Of a stretch of DNA of 64,000 nucleotides, positions 23,301 through 37,691 are shown piece after piece. The position numbers and the translations under genes were made by a program. The stretch's first letter is position 1. The number at the start of each line of letters is the position of its first letter. Under the pieces are notes generated by a model, which saw only the letters and a list, made by a program, of their open reading frames with translations, did not search any database and was not told where the DNA came from. Origin of the DNA: Guillardia theta CCMP2712 (taxonomy: Eukaryota > Protista > Cryptophyta); assembly GCF_000315625.1 (NCBI RefSeq), contig NW_005434564.1, positions 163,823 to 227,822 of the forward strand, written 5' to 3'.

Positions 23301-26300
23301 CATCAACTTCTTTGCTTGTGGCTTGCTGGCATTGTTGTTTGCAGCACGAGCAGGTTCTTGGCGAGAGGAGGTATTTTGCGATTGCCTCCGTGACATACCA
23401 AAGCTGTGATGAAGGCTCCTTCCAAAATCGTTCTCCCTCTCCCTCAGCAAGGCTGCTTCAGCCACCAGATGAGGTGGAAGAGTTGCCAAGAATGCGTCGT
23501 CCGAGGTAAGAAGGACTTCTTCTCGCAATTCTTGACTCAGGGTGGCGATGAAGGAAGCATTGTCCATGTCCTGAGAACGAGAGGTGTCCGCTTCCACCGC
23601 GTTGTTCTGCTGCTCCTCCCTCTGATGTTGGCGAATAACATCAGCCTTGCAAAACAAAGTCATTCATTGTTCAGAAGCAGCAAAATAATAGAGTGTTACC
23701 TGGATGTCAGGGGGAAGGGCTGCAAGGAACTCTGGGTCGATAGAGCTCGCCGCTGTTGAGGCGAGTTGTGCAGCAGCATTTCTGTTCATCTGCTGTTGCA
23801 TGACTTCCGCCCTAAGGTCCTCAGGCAACTCTGCCAGAAACGTCGGGTCGATCCCTGCAGAGTCTGCGTCCACGTTCTGAGTGCTTGCACTCGGAGATGG
23901 TTCGTTGGGCTGCACTGCAGACGCGTTGCCGGAAGCAGGCTCTGTAGTGATTTTCTCTGCATCAGCAGCCTCAGATCGGCTTTCAATCTCTGCTGGTCCT
24001 TGTTGCTCAGCAGAAGGGGCGTCCTGCATAGTTTCCGTTGGCATTTCTTGACCCGACGATTCATCTGACTGAAGCGAGAGCTGCAATGCTGCTTGCAGTT
24101 CGTTATCGTCCTCCTCCATGGCGTCCGAACGGTTCGCAATCGACGACGAAAGAGTCACTTCCGAATCCACTTGCTGAATTTCATCAACGGAACGCTCGTG
24201 TGCTGCAAACAAATTTTTAGGAGAATCAGTCAGATACGGATAAATTGATACAAGATGCAGCATCATACCTATTGACATTGTAGAAACATTCCCCCCGTTG
24301 TCTTCCTCCATGTCATTGTCTGCTGAAGAAGTTGCACCTCGCCTGCTTGGATCAGATCCTTCTACTGGGAGTGCGGCATTCCGACTCGTTGGATCCTCGG
24401 CAGCGTTGTTTTCCATCAAAAATGAAGCTAATGTGTCCTCCATCTCTATCGCCATGTTGCGCATGGCCTGGCTAGATCCTCTTCCATCATCAGTCCACCT
24501 GCTAGTTGCACTTGCATTGTTTTCCATGTTCTGCCTTCCCAACAAGTGCATAGCTTGATCCCCAACTAAAACTCGACCCATCGACCGAGATCCAATGCCT
24601 CCAAATATGAGTTCTGTCCTCAATCTGCGCGAAATTCCGCGCTCCGCATTATCTGCACCTTCTCGGTCTCCATCCGAAGCAGAGCTTCTGCTTCGCGTAC
24701 GATCGCCATGCCTTGTCAACAGAGGATGCTCTGACGGAAGGGCTTCATGATTTGGTACAGTATTGCGTCCACCTGGCAAAATTCCTCTTTCAATGAGGGC
24801 TCTGCTTGGGAAGCGCAACAAAGGCATATCATGAAGCGAAGGAATGGCGACCATGTCGTGAAACATTCGTCTGCCACCCATAAAATCGTCCCGATTCCCT
24901 GACATCAAAAAGCTAAATACATGCTGAGGATGGGCGTCTTGATCGTCAACTTCCATACCATTGACGTCGGCAACGTCTACAACCTCGTCTCTGATCAGAC
25001 TCTCGTTTTCAACCAATTGTTCCATAATGTTGTTGAGATCATGCCTTGAGAGGCTTTGCGAGCCAGCATGGTGGTTCAAGATTATCTCCGGGACACTCTC
25101 GCGATTCAAACGAGTCAAGAAAGGCTCTTCTTCTCGGTCTCCTTCCAGGATGGCTTGGTACTCATCATCCTGACCTTGACTATCCCTGTCTTCATCATCC
25201 TCTATGAATCTCTCAAAGCTGTCATCATCAATTGTGTCTTCGTCTTCCTCCTCCTCCTCCTCCTCCTCCTCTTCATCCGAATCTTCTTCATCTGAACCTC
25301 GCATATCATCGTTGACCGAGCCTTGATCATGCATCTCTTCGTCCCGCGAAGCTGAATGATCATTTTCAATCTCGTGCTCCATGTCCATCGATTGATTTTC
25401 ATTCGACAAAGATTGCAGATTTGAACGAGAGTTATCACCATTTCTGTTCCGATCTTGGCCTGTTCCGCTATCGTTGACATTCGAGTCCGAGTTGCCCCCT
25501 TGTTTCTTGGCAGAGGGAACAGATGCCTTATCGCTTTGGTAAGCATTAGCACAGATTACTTCAAGTGGTCTCAAGATCGAGGTTGATGCCCTCGATGCAT
25601 TGGGATGATGGAGATCCATGCTTGCGACTGCTTTACATAAAGCCTGTGGAACTTTACAATCCTGCAAAAGCTTGATCGTCTCTGGAGCTGGTTCGTTTGA
25701 AGTTTGGTTGGGATGAACCTTGGCAGTGACCAAAGTGTTCAGAATATCTGAAATACTCTGCAACATCAGAAGATGACCAGTCATCCGTGATCGCGTCGAA
25801 GAATTCAAAACGCAAACTATTTCTGTTAGAACCTTCTTCCTCACTTCAGATCCTCGAGAAAGTAACGAAATCACCAGAGATGTCGAGCGGCGCGATATGT
25901 CACTGACTTCCTTGATACTTTTCTGTGCATTCTTCCCATTGGAGGGACTGCAATGAGGAAGCAATTCTCTCAGGAGATATTGCACGAAAGTTTCATTCGA
26001 TTTCTGAGAACTGTCCCCCTTAGTCTCTGACGAATCAATCGTATACTTCAACAGCATCTGTGCGCATCCAGGATAAAATTTCACAATGTCTGCCAAATAT
26101 CGTAGGATATTCACGGGAGTAATCGCGCTCAACTCTTCATTTTTTGCTGTAGAAGCAGGCTTTTCACCCTGGGACTTGTCTAGCTGCATGCTCTCTGATG
26201 ATCCGCAACTGGCATCTGCTGTGGTCTTCAACTCACTGCTCTTTTCGATGCTGTGCTCCTGAGGCTGATTCTTAATTCGTGGATCAGCCAATAACTTGTT

Positions 26301-29300
26301 GATAAGCAAAGAGACAATCGTGTTGGTAACTTCTGTCAAATTTCGTGAAGATCCCTTGCCCTTCTGCAAATTTGAAATGGATCCACCAGATGATTGGCGA
26401 TGTAGCTCAGCAGCCACATCATTGTTGGTATAATCTGCAAATCGTGGTCAGTATCGATCAACGCTAACAAAACAATTTACAAAATAAATCACCTTGATGA
26501 GTTTTGTCCTCTTTCTTATCCAAGATTGCAATCAACTTTCTCCCATCTTCATTGACAAGTTTACAGCATGATTTGATCGCTTTGGCGAAGGTATTGGCAT
26601 CTCTTTGAACCAAAGACGCAGACGAACTGAGAAAAGCCTTCAATGTGGGATTCTTCCCATTGTTGCGTGCCATCATTGATGACAGGATTGATCGGATCTC
26701 ACTGACCATGCTCGCTTGCAATGAATGGGAATCTTCTAGAACATGCCTGATGATCGATCCAGTAACAACTGCCTGGCCTTGATACGAAGATCGCTTTGGA
26801 ATGCTGAGCAATCTTTCAACCGCCCCCTCATGAAAGAATATGGAAGCTAAGGAATGATGCCTGGTCAATCGTGCGCAGACGTCCAGTATTGCCTGTAACA
26901 AGTGTGGCTCTGGATCTTTTTGCAACAAACCAATACAAAACCTCATAAGGGTTGCGTGTTCAGATATGACCTCATCATCCTTTGGATCTGCCTTCTCATT
27001 CTGGGCCCCTTGACTTACATCCTCGGTCTTGGATCCCACTTCGCGCAAATCAAGAGCCTTGTTCTTTTCAGTATTCGCCAAGACCTTGTTCAGCACAAGC
27101 AGACAGGAACAAATCCAATCAGCAGGTTTCTGCTCTGCCTCAATTGCAGAGGAGTTGTCACACAAAAACTTGCTTAAGATCTTGAATGATCCAGCGTTGC
27201 TGGCGACCGTGCAAAGATCGGAATTTTCTGAAACCAGAATGGCCAATATCAAGATAAGACGACTTAAACCATCCGGTTTCACGCTTGAATCTTGTATCGC
27301 ATTCAAGATGGATTGAATGAGGCTTTCTTGCTGCTTCTTATCATTCTTGCAAAGCCATGAAAGCATGTCTACGCATGCAAACTCAACTCTGTTTCCAGCG
27401 CCCAAAATACCAACGCACCATTCGACTGCATTGGCCCTGATGTATTCCGACTGATTTGCACGGGACGATTGATCATTGCTTGATTCTTGCACCTTCTCCT
27501 TGTGAGATACATTCGGATCACTGCTATTAGCTGTGACACCTGCATTCTGGCTTTCTGATTGGCTACTTGCTTGATTCATGGAGAGAGCTAGCGCCCTTGC
27601 TATTTCAGATTCTTCGTCTTCAACTCCAATTTCACTGTTCATGAACAGCCATTCAGTTGCATGCTGAATACTGTTTGTTTGTATTACATCCAGTGCCATG
27701 TGAACCCTTCTTTCATCGAAGCCCATTTCAACAAGAGCAGACACAGTTGCAGGATCGTGAGCAAAGCTCCTTTGGGGTTGAGTTGAAGCAGTTTCTGCGC
27801 GCCCTTCAGTAGGATTATTTTCTTCAGGCTTCATCAATAAAGCGTAAATATCTATGACTGAAGAGACCAAAGGTTTCGGCCATAGTTCAGCCGAAGATCG
27901 GATATTTGTCCACAGAGGCATCAACGAGTTGTGCATTTCTACCTTGATGAAAACATTGTGAGACTTATAGTCAAAATTGCTGTTGCCAGGCTGTGAAGAG
28001 CTTCTATTGTTTGATGGCCATTGGGTCTCCAGGACACGCTTACAGAACGAAATCGATTTCACCAGAGCAACACATTTCGCTTCAAACAATTTCTTTTCCT
28101 GTACATGTCGTGTCTCCAAGACTGATTCGACAAGATTTCCAATCAAATTGGTGGCAGCTTCCATCCCTTTTGACGTTATGAAACCTTGCAGCAAGACAGT
28201 GTTCGCGCTGTTCCTAGCTGGTGGCCGCTGCGAATCGCCGAGAAGGAACGGCATCGCTTGACTTCCAAACAAGCACAGACTAGCCGTGACAAGTGAATCG
28301 ACGATTGCACGCGGAACTGAGTCCACATCACGAATCATTGCCACATCAATGGTCAATACTCTCTGCAAAGCCTCTGACATATTCTTAGAAAGAGCTCTTT
28401 CATGAGTAGCATGCTGTGCATTCCTGTCATCTTGCCTCCTCCGACTAGAACTACTCAACGAAGTGCTAAGTCTCACAAACAGGTGTGAGATTGCAGAGGT
28501 CACTTCACTCTTCAAAGACGTACGAGTATTCGTATTTGAGCGGCGTTCGGTCGGCAAGCTTGCCTCTGCCTCCGGGGCATTATCTGACAACCAATCACCA
28601 AGAGGCTCTTCATTCGACTGCCCTTGTGTATCAACAGCAGACCTCGCTCCAGGAGATTCATTTTCCATGGTCTGTGCTTCACCTTTATCAGATTCCACTG
28701 TGTTGGTGTTTGGCTGACAGCTCAAGCGAACATAGCACTCCGCGATATCTCGAATGAGTTTGATACCCCGTTCGTTATCAAGTTCTGCCGCTGTAGAACT
28801 TCCGCGCAAACAACCAAAAATACCGGATAAAAGATTCACATGGATTTCCAAGCTTAAAAGGTCTGAGTCTGGACGTGAATCCGACAACACCGGTTCCATC
28901 ATCACACCTGGCAACGGAATCCTGCTCAAAATGGTATCGAGGAGGCTTTGAGTGCGGCGAATGACTTCTTCAAGTACACTCCCTGAAGAATGAAAGGCAG
29001 TCTTTCCAATTACTAAGATTATGTACTTTCCTGCTTCTGACTTGGAGAAATCCTGTGGGATTTCTCGTGATGATATCAGTTTGAGCACAGCATCTATGCC
29101 TTTGTTTCGAACAAAAGACCTCGCATGCTCAGAAGCTGACATTAAGGGGTCCAAGAGCTTGCCCAAGAACTCAAGAGAACACAAAAGGTACGCTTCTGCT
29201 GTGAGGTTGTTGCTCGCCCTTCCTTCTCGTGTGGTCCAGTGACTACCATCCTGCATTGCATGCTCGTTCGCAATTCTGCCCATGATTATGGGAATTTTGT

Positions 29301-31788
29301 TGGCCATATTTACACATCCTTTCATACAAGCGTCCAACAAGGAAGGATTGTGCCGCATCAATTCTTCCAGTTGATTTCCAAGATGGCACGGTGTCTCTCC
29401 TTGTAAAACTGGAATGGTTCGCTCCGAGCAGATCGAATCCATGAATTTTCCAATAGGTTGCATTTGTTCAAGCAATTGACTTCCAGAGCTTGATAGACAC
29501 AGCGCCCCCATCATGGTAGGAATGACTGATACAGATCCTCGGGAAATGGGAAAACCTTCCGAAACCGCCTTCAACGCAGCCTTGGCAATACCGTTGGAGA
29601 TCACCAATTGGAGGCAGCTTGGTTCCTGACAAACAAAAAAGTTCAGAACGAGCATACTATATAAAAGCGAAAGAAATACTTGGTGTACGAACTCTGTCAG
29701 AAGCCCAGCAGCTTTCTCAAACACAGATGCCCCAAATATCTCATTCCTCTCGAAAATCGTGCAGAGGATTTTCGGCACTTTCTCCCCTGACATAAACTCC
29801 CTCACATCACTTGAGCTTGCAACGGGAGATGCTGCTGAAGAAAGCAGATGTAAAATAGCACCCAGAAGGCGACATCTTTCAAAGTTTTCCTCCAATCTTG
29901 CACGATGTGGGATGAAGGGTACAAAGCATGCTGAGTTGTCGTCGCCTTCCACAGTTTTGACACTTTCTTCTCCCGCGGCATCGCCCTTCGCGTCGACCAT
30001 TTCTGTGTCATTACAAGAAGCGAGATCAAGCAAGGCCTTCACTTCAGCATCTGCTCTGTCAACCAAGATGCTCAAACCATTCATTTCTTTGAAGCTCTGC
30101 TGCATCTCATTACTGTAATTCATCATGACCTCTACTGTCTTTACAGCCAGAGTAATGAATCTTCCCCGCCTAGACAAAGGATTAATGCTCAGATCATCTC
30201 AAAAAGTAATATCAATCACACGTACCTCGAAGCGTGGTCCTGCAACATGGGCAAGATTAAGTGCATGATACCAGCTGAATTCAATGCATTGTTGCCATTA
30301 TTGCTTCCAGAGAACATCCAAGTGAACGCAAGCAGTGCTTCCCCAAATTTCAGGCGTTCAAGATTTGTAACGTTAGCCTTGGTTGGACTGGTGTTGCCTT
30401 CCAAAATCAAGTTTTTGGCCTGTATTAATCAATCAAAGTTCAGAATATTTCAACAGCGGAGAGATCATGATTGACGCACCCTGCGTATCATGGAGGAGAG
30501 TATAACAGCATGGGACGCAGCTGTAGACGCTAGAACAGAGCTCGACTGCTTTGACCTCTCAGACAACAACGCCGTCAACGCTTTCAAAGATAGTGTTTCA
30601 ATATCCAGTGGAAGCAGGTCGTTATCTGGCTGTTGAAGAACTTCAATCAATTCACTGAGACGGGACTCGCTTCCGATATTGGTCATTGCCGACATATTAT
30701 AGACAGATTGGCACTGTGCGAACACCGTAGTTGCCATGATTTGAACACGAATCCACTGCAATCGCTGTTCAAAAGACGTGAAAGCTTGCGCCATCCTAAT
30801 TCTAGTTTTCAACGCAAAGTGACTGTCATCTGGCACTTTGTATTCCGACATGATCTTCTGAAATATGTCCTCATCCGAAGCAGATTGATCTTTGATATCC
30901 ATAAGGATCGAAATAGGACCTTCGTCTGCAGAAGGATCAAACCTTCAAAAAAGCATTTGGAATTAGCTCTTACCATCATTTTCATTGAGGTCGCTTTGCA
31001 TGCGGTAAAAGCTCATTTTCAAAAAAGTGCCCTATGTTCCAAGTCATTCACAATTGGTGATGGAAATATGTCAAGGAGAGGATTGAAGTTTGAAAAAGTT
31101 CAGAAGGAAGCGAACCTGAGGTGAGGAGTTGGAAATGGCTTGAAGTATTGTTAGGGAGTTATCCTGCGAACAGAACGACGAAGATGCCAACGAGCTGAGT
31201 TTGGTCATAAACTCGCTCTCGCTCACTATCTGTCTTGTCGAACGGGGTGTCGCGAGGACTGAAAGAACTTTCAACACCCCCATAATGATGTCACAATTTC
31301 TATGTTCAATCAAGCGCTTAAGATGCTGCCATAATGTATGAGTTCGAGATCAGATGGAATCAAGCAATTCTTACCTCATAGGAATTGTAGACCTGCCTGT
31401 TGCCACAGTTTTCCAAAATTAGCCGAGTGAACTTCAAGACACTGACGATCAAGTCTTCGGAGGTGAACTCAGAACCAAGGAACCCATCAAACAGATCCAG
31501 GATACGAGACCACTGCAACAGATCGCCCTTTGCACATTTCAATAGGCTATTTGAAAATTCGTATGAATTACCTTCTCATATGGCCACGGCGCGTCCATTT
31601 CAAGTACATAATTCATGACTTTCAGAAGCTCCGCTGGTTTGTTCTGAAATTTCTCGATTTGTCGTTGGATGTCATCCAGACAAGAAGGCTGTTGCATATT
31701 CGTCAGACGATCAAGTAGAGAGAGGAATCATTCGAAGCATTACAAGAAGCGGCAAAGGACGCTTTCTCTTCGCGGTGACGGGAGCCAT
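20368..31788 (-). CDS. HUWE1: Giant HECT E3 ubiquitin ligase, HUWE1/Tom1/UPL1 family
   Basis: N-terminal WPYEKGDLLQW...LKFTRLILENCGNRQVYNSYE (DUF908-like); UBA (LVEMGFDERRVHMAL...ATEWLF); UIM-like EIARALALSM; acidic tract; UBM repeats (IDPTFLAELPEDLRAEV, IDPEFLAALPPDIQ); HECT domain (LDFDNKKHFF, FNGEEGVDAGGLTREWY, LLQFVTGTS, LPSSHTCFNQLDLPEY, EGFGFS*). Confidence 0.96.
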
Positions 31789-33154
31789 ATTACAAGGCGC
31801 CTGTAATTGCAAAGCAGCACATGACCAGATTAAGTGATGAGCTTGCAAACCTAACATTTTCGTACCTTGACACACTAGAAGATATATGAGAGACTGGCCA
31901 AGCACCACTTTTCACCTGCAATGTTGGGTTAGTACGCACCACCAAATGAATTGGTCTGCAAGCGTCTAGAAAATGAATCTCAAAGCCAATACATACGAGA
32001 CAATGACAGACAGATTATTCAGTATATCACGATCTTGTGGAAGACAATCATAGCAGATGTCAGACAGGAAAGGGGGGAGAAGGAGGGGGAACAGACTGAC
32101 ACGGCGAAGTCACGCGACAAGTCCCCACCAACAACATGGTGCGGTGGGGAAACAAAGGCATCTTCTAAAGGATTGAGATGCATCAAGGAAACTGCGATTG
32201 AGGGAGCATTCGACTCTTGCCATGAAGTGGGAATAGATAAGAGGAGGAGCTTGGGAGCGAGGAGCGCATACCACAACGAACGCTGGGCTGAACAAAGTTG
32301 GAGCATGGTGCCAGGACAGGTGTGAAGTAAGGGTGGGAGAAAGATGGCGTGTTTTAAAACATGTTATAAACTTTTGCTACGGGTCAACACGATGAGAAAA
32401 ATACTTGTAGAGTTTTAAAACATCCAACTCGAATTGGAATTGTGCAGGGTGAATTTTCGATCTCAGGTTGAAAATAAAGGGACAAAATCAGTTATATGTG
32501 ATCGAAATTCGCTAGGAGGTTGCTATCATTTGGGCGACATTGTCCAAATTCAAGCAAGAAATCCCCAAATGCAAATACTTTTAGTAACAGTACCAACTCT
32601 CCCAGGAATCACTCACGCATTATAGAGAGCTTTCAAAAATCGTGACATAACAAGAGCTCATCTGTAGTGCATTCCTACCTTGGATCGTGAATATAAATAT
32701 TTTTGTGGATGTGTGGTATGCAAATAACTAGCATAGATACAAAATGTTGTATATTCGGTAGAGATTATAATATGTGGTTTTAAAATAGTAAGTTGAGGCT
32801 TTTCAGATTCGCCTCAGAGCTTTTCATAGAAAGTTTGCCAAGGACACCGTTTACCTCTCGGAGTTTTGAAGGTGGGTGGGGTACTTTGCAGATTTTGTAT
32901 GGTGGGGGTAGTATCCTGTGTCTCAATATCAGATGTAACTACTGGTAAAAGGTAGGGTGAAGACCAACAATTGGTCAAATATAGGGTAGGGTACAATATC
33001 CCGAGTTCTCAACAAAGGAGGGTGGGGGGTGGTAGATTGTCGGAATGGAATGGAGACAAGGCGAAATCCAGTAGGGAGCAGTGAAGGTAGCATGCAAGAC
33101 AGGAGGAGAGTTAGGATGTGAGACCATTCACAAGACTGGAGATTGAAAAGGAAT

Positions 33155-35775
33155 ATGAGCTATGCAAGGAACACAAGAATCCGAATCCATGCAAGGTAGA
33201 TCGAAAGAACTGGGAAACTGCTGCCGGGAAAACTTCAATGAGCACAGGAAAGGTAAATGGGAAGCAGAGACCTCATACACGAAGATCGCAATGACTAAGA
33301 TATAGAGAAGAGAAGGAAGGGTTAGAAAGGTCATGCCAGAGGAGAGCATATCAGAGGAGAAGATTTCGTGTCATTACGTCTTGTGACCGTCGGGTTCATC
33401 GGGTCTGAAGACTCCGTTAAGCGAGTACAATTCCTTTATCTGAGTTATGGGGTACCTGCAGGTTTTGGTGCATCATTTCCTGCAGCCTCTTCACAGCAGG
33501 AAGAAACGTTGCGGAGACAAGACAAGATCGTAGCTGCGGAGGAATTCATCAGATATGTGACAACTTATATCTGACAACCTTGCCTATTTGCAACCAAGAT
33601 GCTCCCACCAGGAAGGGCTGTGACCATGTAATGTGAAACGCATTCTTAACGGCACCTTGCCACATGGCGATGCAGAATGCTGTTGCAGCAGATCTCGGAG
33701 ATTATCCGAAAATAGAAGAGGAAGGCCGTGGGGTTCAAAGCTCACAGCCCGTCGAAAGAAGCAAGAATCGACAAATACGAATCTTTGTGAACTGGAATGG
33801 CGAACTTGAGATGATCTTCTTTGATCCCACGAGGCTGGTTTCAGAGCTTGCAAAAGAAGTTAGAAGGTATGGTTGGCAAGGGTCTGTTGTCGGTTGTTAG
33901 TGATATACATTCTGTAGCGCGCCACAAATTCCCAGTCACCACAAGTTCTTCATCTACAAAGGACTGCTGCTTGTGCCATTCGTCAGGATCGGCCAAACGA
34001 TTCAGAATGATGGTGAGACCTATATCATCTCATCATTGCTCACAGTGACGCTGATAGGCTGCCTGTTACATCTTGTGCTCAACGAGGATCAGTACTTGGG
34101 CAAGCCTCTGCATGTCAAGTCCCTTATGGGGACGATGGTGCTCATATCCTGCTGGTCAGAGATGTTTCTTACACATTTGAACCACCAGCGGAGCATCATG
34201 TGCGGCCCTGACTTTTACATCGAAGATGTGAAAGAGGAAATCTCCTGCATACAGGTCCATCCCCCTAGTCGATCCCTCACCGTCACTGCCCTGGATAACG
34301 GCTTGCAACAGGGCGAGCTTCCCCCGGAATCTCAGCGCCTCGTGTTTGCAGGTAGAGAACTGCAAGATCAGGTCAGTGCGTCTTTCATCGACTGCCACGT
34401 GAAGTCGAGACTCCTCCTAGCACACCTTACGGGAGTACAACATACAAAAACCGTCGGTGCTGCTCGCAGTGGGCCCAGCAGGTATACCATCCTTCCGCCC
34501 ATCATGTGTATCTTGCTTCATACTATCGCTCGCCTCCTTCCTCCTCGTGGCTGTCGGGTGACTGCTCCCAGCGGGGGGACGAAGCGTGGAGCAGTTTGTT
34601 GACAGCATCTCGCCAAGAAAAGATGAGATGGAGGTTACGGCAGTTGCTGCTCTTCCCCCCTCCCTTCCCTCAACGCTGCCAAAGAAACTACCATGCTCTA
34701 CTACCGTCTTCTCTCCCTCTCTCACTCTTCACCTTCCCATCCTCCCGTCCTCCCCTTCATCATGCTATACAGGTCGACCCGGGGGCTTCCATCGTAGCAG
34801 TCAAGTTTCTATCGGAGGACCGCGCGAACTCGTTCTGGGGGAAGGTGAGAGGAGATACGGGGAGTTCAGACGGTTGACGTAGACTAGATCCATGGGGTTC
34901 CCGACCTGGCGACAGTGAGCAAGATGTTGATCAGAGGTGAACGTGAACGTGAAGAGGAAACCTTGTCGGGGAGGTGACTGGATTGACTTTCAGTGATTGA
35001 GCGGGGATGTGTGGATCGCGAGCTGGAAGGGCGAATCAGCGTCGACCTTCAAGACTGCATTGTGAGGCTTTGAGTGGAGATTTGGCAAATTCCAACTTTG
35101 TTCATTGTTGCAATGGTGTCGATGATTGCGGTGGAATGACATGTAGACTATCGTTGAGATGCTTTTCAGGTGGTCTGGACTGCAAAGAGCCATCTGCAGG
35201 TTGTTTGACAAAACATCTGCCGGAGGGTTTTGATTGGTTTGCTTCACAGCCTTGCAGACAATACACTGTTATGCTCAACCATGAGAACTTCAAGAATGCC
35301 ATTCCCTTCATTCACAAGAAGAGCAAGGTAACATGTGCTGTCAAGCAAGGAAAGGGGAAGTGACAGCTGCTTTCGATTGTACAGGAACCCGTACATGGAT
35401 CGATATCATGGAACTTCTTTACATCCGGGTACAGCCCGTTGAGATTGACAGGTATTCGCAAGAGAGAAGGGGAAAGGAGGAGGGAGGGAGGGTTTGAATG
35501 GAAGGGAAGGCAGGAAATTGATTCGAGAAGGGAGGTAGCTGTGTGTCGTAAGCTGATCATTACTGTTTCAGCTATCTTTCCAAGACCAAGTTCAAGGGTG
35601 ACAGTGGAGTCTGCGGTCATCGTGGTAGGAGGAGGAGGACGAGGAGGAGTGGAGGAAGACGAGGACGAGGACGAGGATGGGGAGGAAAGGGGCGAGTTGA
35701 ACATGACTTTCACCTTGGAAAGATCAAATTTGACCGAGAGATCCACATGGGGGAGCACGTCAATCAGTGGGTTGC
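33155..35775 (+). CDS. Protein with two tandem ubiquitin-like domains, multi-exon, ends uncertain
   Basis: IRIFVNWNGELEMIFFDPTRLVSELAKEV...FIYKGLLL, then LHVKSLMGTMVLISC|GPDFYIEDVKEEISCIQ|GELPPESQRLVFAGRELQDQ|HTLREYNIQK (ubiquitin consensus QRLIFAGKQLED..TL.DYNIQK). Confidence 0.65.
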
Positions 35776-35881
35776 AGGTAATGCTGATGGAGGAGCGAGG
35801 GAGGACAGGGCAGGACAGGACAGGACAGGACAGGGCAGGACAGGACAGGGCAGGACAGGAGAGGTGAGGTGAGGTGAGGAA

Positions 35882-37423
35882 ATGACGATGAAGTAGTTCG
35901 AGGACACGAGCTGGCGCATCCTTACTACGACAGAGAGAGCCTCGTTCGTCCTTCTCTCCTCCTGTGCTCGCTTTTTTCTGACTGCAGGACGACAGTCTCT
36001 TGTCTTCGGCTTCAAATCCCCTCCTGCTCCTAACGAGATCTGCCGCGTCCGCATCCGAGAGTTCTACGCAGCTTCTTCTTCGCTTTACTCGGTTCGTTCA
36101 TTTCTTCCGTTTCGTGCTTGAACGAGTCTCGATGATTGACAGGAAGCAAACTTGGCGTCAAGTGGAGTGGCCCGCTCTGTTCGATTGTACCGGTAGGCCA
36201 TCTACATGTAACATCTACTTGTGGACTTTTTGTTTCTCCTCTCCTGCTTCTGCTTGTTTGTCCCACTGCCTTCCTCCTCTCAGTTGTTGCTCCTGCATCC
36301 GTTGGAAAGCTTTTCTCTTGACCCTCACGATTTCTTCGATTTTCATAGAGAGCAAGTGATGAAAGAGTTCTCAACTCCTCAGGTGAGGCGTTGCTGCTTT
36401 CTCACCCATCCCTGCCACATCGTCTCTCCTCCTCCTCTCCTCTCCTCTCCTCTCCTCTCCCTCCTTTCCCTCCTCTCCCTCATCTCAGCAGTGGAAGCAG
36501 AGGGGCGAGACGGTGCAAGCGATCAACTCAGAGACGTTGACTCCGGGGAGGTGAGGGAGCAGAACGGCAGCTGGACTTTGACTAGACGTTTAAGGATACG
36601 ACGCGACGACGGGAGAAGGAACGACGCGCTCAACTGGCTGATACCATCCAACATACTCTTCTTAGGTGAGGTGCTGGTGGGAAGGGAGGAAGCAGACCAG
36701 CGGGAGGGATGGAGATGGAAGAGCGATCGAGGGCTAGACATGATGTGATGGGGAGGAGCTGAGGGAGGGTCAGAGAGGAGGAGGGAGGGAGGGGCTCAAC
36801 AGGAGGAGGGAGGGGCTCAACAGGAGGAGGGAGGGGCTCAACAGGAGGAGGGAGGGGCTCAACAGGAGGAGGAGGAGAGGAAGGAGGAGCGTCTGACTGA
36901 CGTGAAGGTCTGGTGGGTTCTATCGATGAGATGACAAGCGCTACCGGCATCACCAACAGCCAACGTGTTGGGCAGCAGCACGTGACTCCTGCAGCCCCTG
37001 CCGGCCCCTCCCTTGAGGTCTCGCCCTCTCCTCGTCTCCTTTACTTCCTCCCCACGGCCCTGCTCCTCTCCCTCACCCTCCTTCCCCTCTTCCCTTCCCT
37101 CCCCTTCCCTTCCCTCTTCCCTTCCCTCCCCTTCCCTTCCCTTCCCTTCCCTCCCTTTCCCTTCCCTCTTCCCTTCCCTCTCCTTCCCTTCCCTCTTCCC
37201 TTCCCTCTCCTTCCCTTCCCTCTTCCCTTCCCTCTCCTTCCCTTCCCTCTCCTTTCGATCTGCATCCTTCTACTCCCACTTTCATCTGCAGCTACCATCC
37301 CCTTGCCGCAGGCTGACCCGTGCTTCCCTGCTGCAGCAGGAGAAGCCAGTCGAGGAGTCAGGGCACGGAAGGGGGAGGGGGAACGAGCGGCAGGAGGAGA
37401 GAAACGTAGAGTGGTCGTTCTGA
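35882..37423 (+). CDS. Multi-exon hypothetical protein, possibly the 3' continuation of the UBL gene
   Basis: Spliceable coding blocks (GRQSLVFGFKSPPAPNEICRVRIREF, DPHDFFDFHREQVMKEF, IRRDDGRRNDALNWLIPSNILFL, ...ERNVEWSF*). Confidence 0.4.
36787..36872. repeat. 21-bp tandem repeat (GGAGGGGCTCAACAGGAGGAG) x4, intronic
   Basis: Directly visible. Confidence 0.9.
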
Positions 37424-37691
37424 GAGATCAGCTGGGGAAGACAAGCAAGTTCATTGCAGTCGGTGTAAAGACAAGTAAAAGAAAAACAATCAAGTGGCAG
37501 CTGAGAAAAAAAAACATCTTGACACCGTGCAGGCGGGAGCCAGGTGGGGCCGATGACAAGGAAAGAATATGGAAGATCGAGCTGGGCTATGAGCTGGAGA
37601 GTTTCACCCTGCAGCGCCGAACAATCTTGACAAGCGTCCGCGCGTCTCCTGTCGCTCTTTCCAGCAGCTGCTGCTGCTGCAGGGTAGCCAG

